Assembly (NCBI GenBank): GCA_973895155.1
Contig: OZ316896.1
Coordinates: forward strand, 3,634,738 to 3,698,737
Source: Marsupella aquatica
Taxonomy: Eukaryota > Plantae > Marchantiophyta
DNA length: 64,000 nucleotides
Reading direction: 5' to 3'
The position numbers and the translations under genes are program-made. Shown piece after piece: positions 61,201 to 64,000 of the stretch (positions are counted from its first letter, which is position 1; each line of letters starts with the position of its first letter). The notes beneath the pieces are model-generated. The model saw only the letters and a list, made by a program, of their open reading frames with translations. It was not told the DNA's origin and made no database searches.

Positions 61201-63960
61201 GAGACTGTTCACAAGCTCTATTTGAATTGAACCTGTGAAAGGTTGTACCCAAGTGTTCTTTGCCAGACTATCCAAGCATCCAAGCTTTGGCAGTCCATCG
61301 AGCAATAGAATCAAATGGCATTTTTTGTATTGTGGTGGTTAGTTTTTTATTGGCAGTCACACAACCTACGGCACATGGAGCCCACAACGTGTGCACCCCA
61401 TGGCCCATGCGATCCTGGGGTTAAGGGCTGGCGGCCACATATCACCTAAGAAAGTGTTTGGCCACAGGCAAAGAAAGTAGAGTTGAGAGCATACAAGGAC
61501 CACCTAAATGGAGAATATGAATCTAAACACTATTATATGCAACATTATTTTTTGTTCTCATGGTCTGTTCATAAAATTTCATTATCACAATAAGCCTCTA
61601 TGGCCATTCAATTAAGGTAACATTTTCCTAAACACAAGCTAGACCTAACGATTGTGCACCTTTTCTACTCCCAATGCATCACTCTCCTAGCCTCCAGACT
61701 CCTAGAATTGCAGTTGCCAGCCAACTCACAGACTTCCCTAGCACCCGACTATTTGACCATCTCATTTAAGTTTGACAACACTTCCACTCAATATCAATTA
61801 CTATCTACAGTTGTGTGCAACACACGGGCATCGGACTAGTCCTTCATAAATATAATACCATATCAAATGTATGTTGCTACAATGTCATGAACAGGGTCAT
61901 CAGTTACTCAAACTAGCCCAAATACCTGGGCATATGCACAGGAAAGGCTCTCCTATAGGCAGACTCCCCTTGCCCATCCCTGTTCACAAGCATAACCTAA
62001 AAATCAAAATTTTATGTTACCACAGAAATTGCACCCTGTGTCTTCAATCTACCAAGTAGGTCATGTTCGGTAGACTTTCACTCCGGATTATATTCTTCAT
62101 GTATCTACATCTGCTATGTAAGATTAAACTAAGGTCATAATTTATTGTCAACGAGACTGTTCATCACCACATCAAACCATGCTTGCAATATTTGGTTTCT
62201 GCATACTTCCTTGCTGCTTGTTTGTTCTTTTTGTGGATGGCCCTGTTTTAAAAGGAACAAAAAAAAACCAGCTCTGGTCAGATTTCCATTAAAACTAAAG
62301 ACGGATGTCTTTGATTTTTCTCTCATTTTACCAATTGTATGCATGTTTCTTTTTCATCTGTTCCAATTAAAACAGTTGCACTCAATCAATCTAATAAAGT
62401 CAGACATAAAGCTTGGATAAGGGCTACAGTGGAGCCCTAGACCCTGGCTACAGCTGGGGTCGGGAACTGGAAACAGGCACATTGGTATTCACCATCTACT
62501 TATGAGCAAAGCTCTGGCATTCAAGGTAGTTTAAAAATCTCTAAGTCTAATTTTCATGGTAGAATAAGCTTAAACATTATCCAGTGGAGCTTAAACATTG
62601 AATGCATAACCTCCAATACATCCCCATATGCACGAAGGGTACTCAAAAAATTGGTTTGCTATGTCAAAAATTAGCATTTCTGCAAGACATGTTCTAAAAA
62701 GCAGCAGCAGTTTATTTGCTGATCCAAAGTTTGAATCCGTCTTTGTTGCTCAGGTTGCTGGCATTTCATAGTGCTTGGCCAGGCCCTGAAGGTCAGCTAT
62801 TTCCATATCTTGGCATCAAAGAACTGCAATGGTATATCATCTGGCAGGGAAAACAAAGCCCTCCAGCCCCCCAAATGGCCCAATAACTGGCTGTCGAGCA
62901 GGAAAGTTTGCTGGCCAGTTATTTTTCTCCCTAACTCTGGTGCAAAGCAAAACAGGTCTGTCTGCTAAAACACTTCGTTTTAGAGTGAGGGTCTGATAGC
63001 AGCTGCTGGTGTGGTTGCTCTAATATGAGTGAGTGGAAATGGGACTGTTATTTCTTAAAACAGAGGAGGTGTTTGTGTAGCATGTTCAGTTATGAATAAA
63101 TATGTTCAGTTGGGCTTGCCAAGGTCAAACATGATGAATTCAGAGACTCAGACGTCCTTGCTAGTGTCAAACAGAGTTTCTGCATCGAAATAGGTTATGT
63201 GTCATTTTGATAAGTAACTTTCCATGTAGATCTTCTTAACTTTTGGTGTAGACTGACATAACATTAAATATTTTCACCTGAGGATGGACAAAGCACTGTT
63301 TCACCAAAACAGTTGAGCATTTAATATTATAGAAAGGTGCTACCTGAGCAAAAGGTAATGTTCCAGAGTCCATGCGGGTTGTAATTGTGCATCCCAGCAT
63401 TATGTCATCCAAGTCAAAATAGACATTTGGCCAAGTTTCATCAGGGTTGTCAAAATTAGTCTGGGCATTTTATCATAGTTGGAAGTCCATTTGGGCTTCC
63501 ACTTCTAGTCAGACAGGCAAACTTCAACAAACAAACATATAAGATAAAGAGGCGGTAAGGGCGAAAAACATGCAAACAGAAAAACAATCTACTCTATATT
63601 TCCCTTTTGGTTAGGCACGTCAATTCTAATTACCTTCATTATGAGAACCACTAGAAACAAAAATGCACATCATCCACACTCTAGCAAAAGGAATTTGACC
63701 CTCGAAATGTAAGGTTATACCCAAGTAGGAATATGTACAGTTTGGGGTACAGCCTCCCATAAATATACGTTACAAATGTAGTAACTGGTCGAAAGTTGGG
63801 AAAGGAATTATGGTCATCTAACGCCCTCACCAACCCATAGAGTAGCCCATGTGCTTGCTTGATGGACGAGAGAACATTCCATTGATACACTTCGTCCAGG
63901 AGCTTTATGTGCTACCAATTAATGCCATATGAGAAAGTATAACGCCAGGATCTGAGTTGG
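58230..63960 (-). mobile_element. Heavily decayed L1-like LINE(s)
   Basis: Minus-strand MNLADDF (~60795-60815) resembles the RT YADD motif; other scattered ORF2-like fragments; no long ORFs; limits approximate. Confidence 0.4.
60095..60395 (+). mobile_element. Two older tandem 3'-UTR fragments of the CRE family
   Basis: TTGCTCACTTCTTTTATGTTTGGTTTTGTCCACTTGGACCC...GTAAAAAGTGTGTATATAT and TTTTTAGGGGTTTCCCATTGCTC...GTAAAAAGTTTGTAT match 57860-58005 with more divergence. Confidence 0.8.
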
Positions 63961-64000
63961 GGCTTTTGGTACTGCTAACTACTCTGATCCAGCTGGACTG

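Noticed and set aside
1-64000. tRNA, rRNA or snRNA genes
   Set aside because: None recognisable by eye; a tRNAscan-SE/Infernal run would be needed to exclude them.

Overview
Land-plant nuclear DNA (spliceosomal introns; gene and TE content look bryophyte-like, which is an inference). Left third: a Ser-rich gene ending in a plant calmodulin-binding domain, and a cluster of three intronless germin-like protein (GLP) genes produced by local duplication/inversion, interleaved with a twice-present ~220-bp tandem-repeat block and a Copia remnant. Middle: a multi-exon orphan gene with apparent frameshifts, a 7-exon organellar (probably mitochondrial) ribosome recycling factor, minisatellites and a decayed L1-like LINE. 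At 42.9-46.5 kb a minus-strand gene joins a 2OG-Fe(II) dioxygenase fold (HxE...H, RxT intact) to NLS-like motifs and an apparently optional ARID-like C-terminal domain. Right third is TE-rich: a Mutator-like MITE with a 10-bp TSD, decayed L1s, and a young CRE-clade non-LTR retrotransposon (RT plus restriction-like endonuclease). That element has inserted antisense into the 3' UTR of another copy of its own family, exactly after a telomere-like TTTTTAGGG, creating a long hairpin and pseudo-terminal inverted repeats. All alignments and counts were done by eye.
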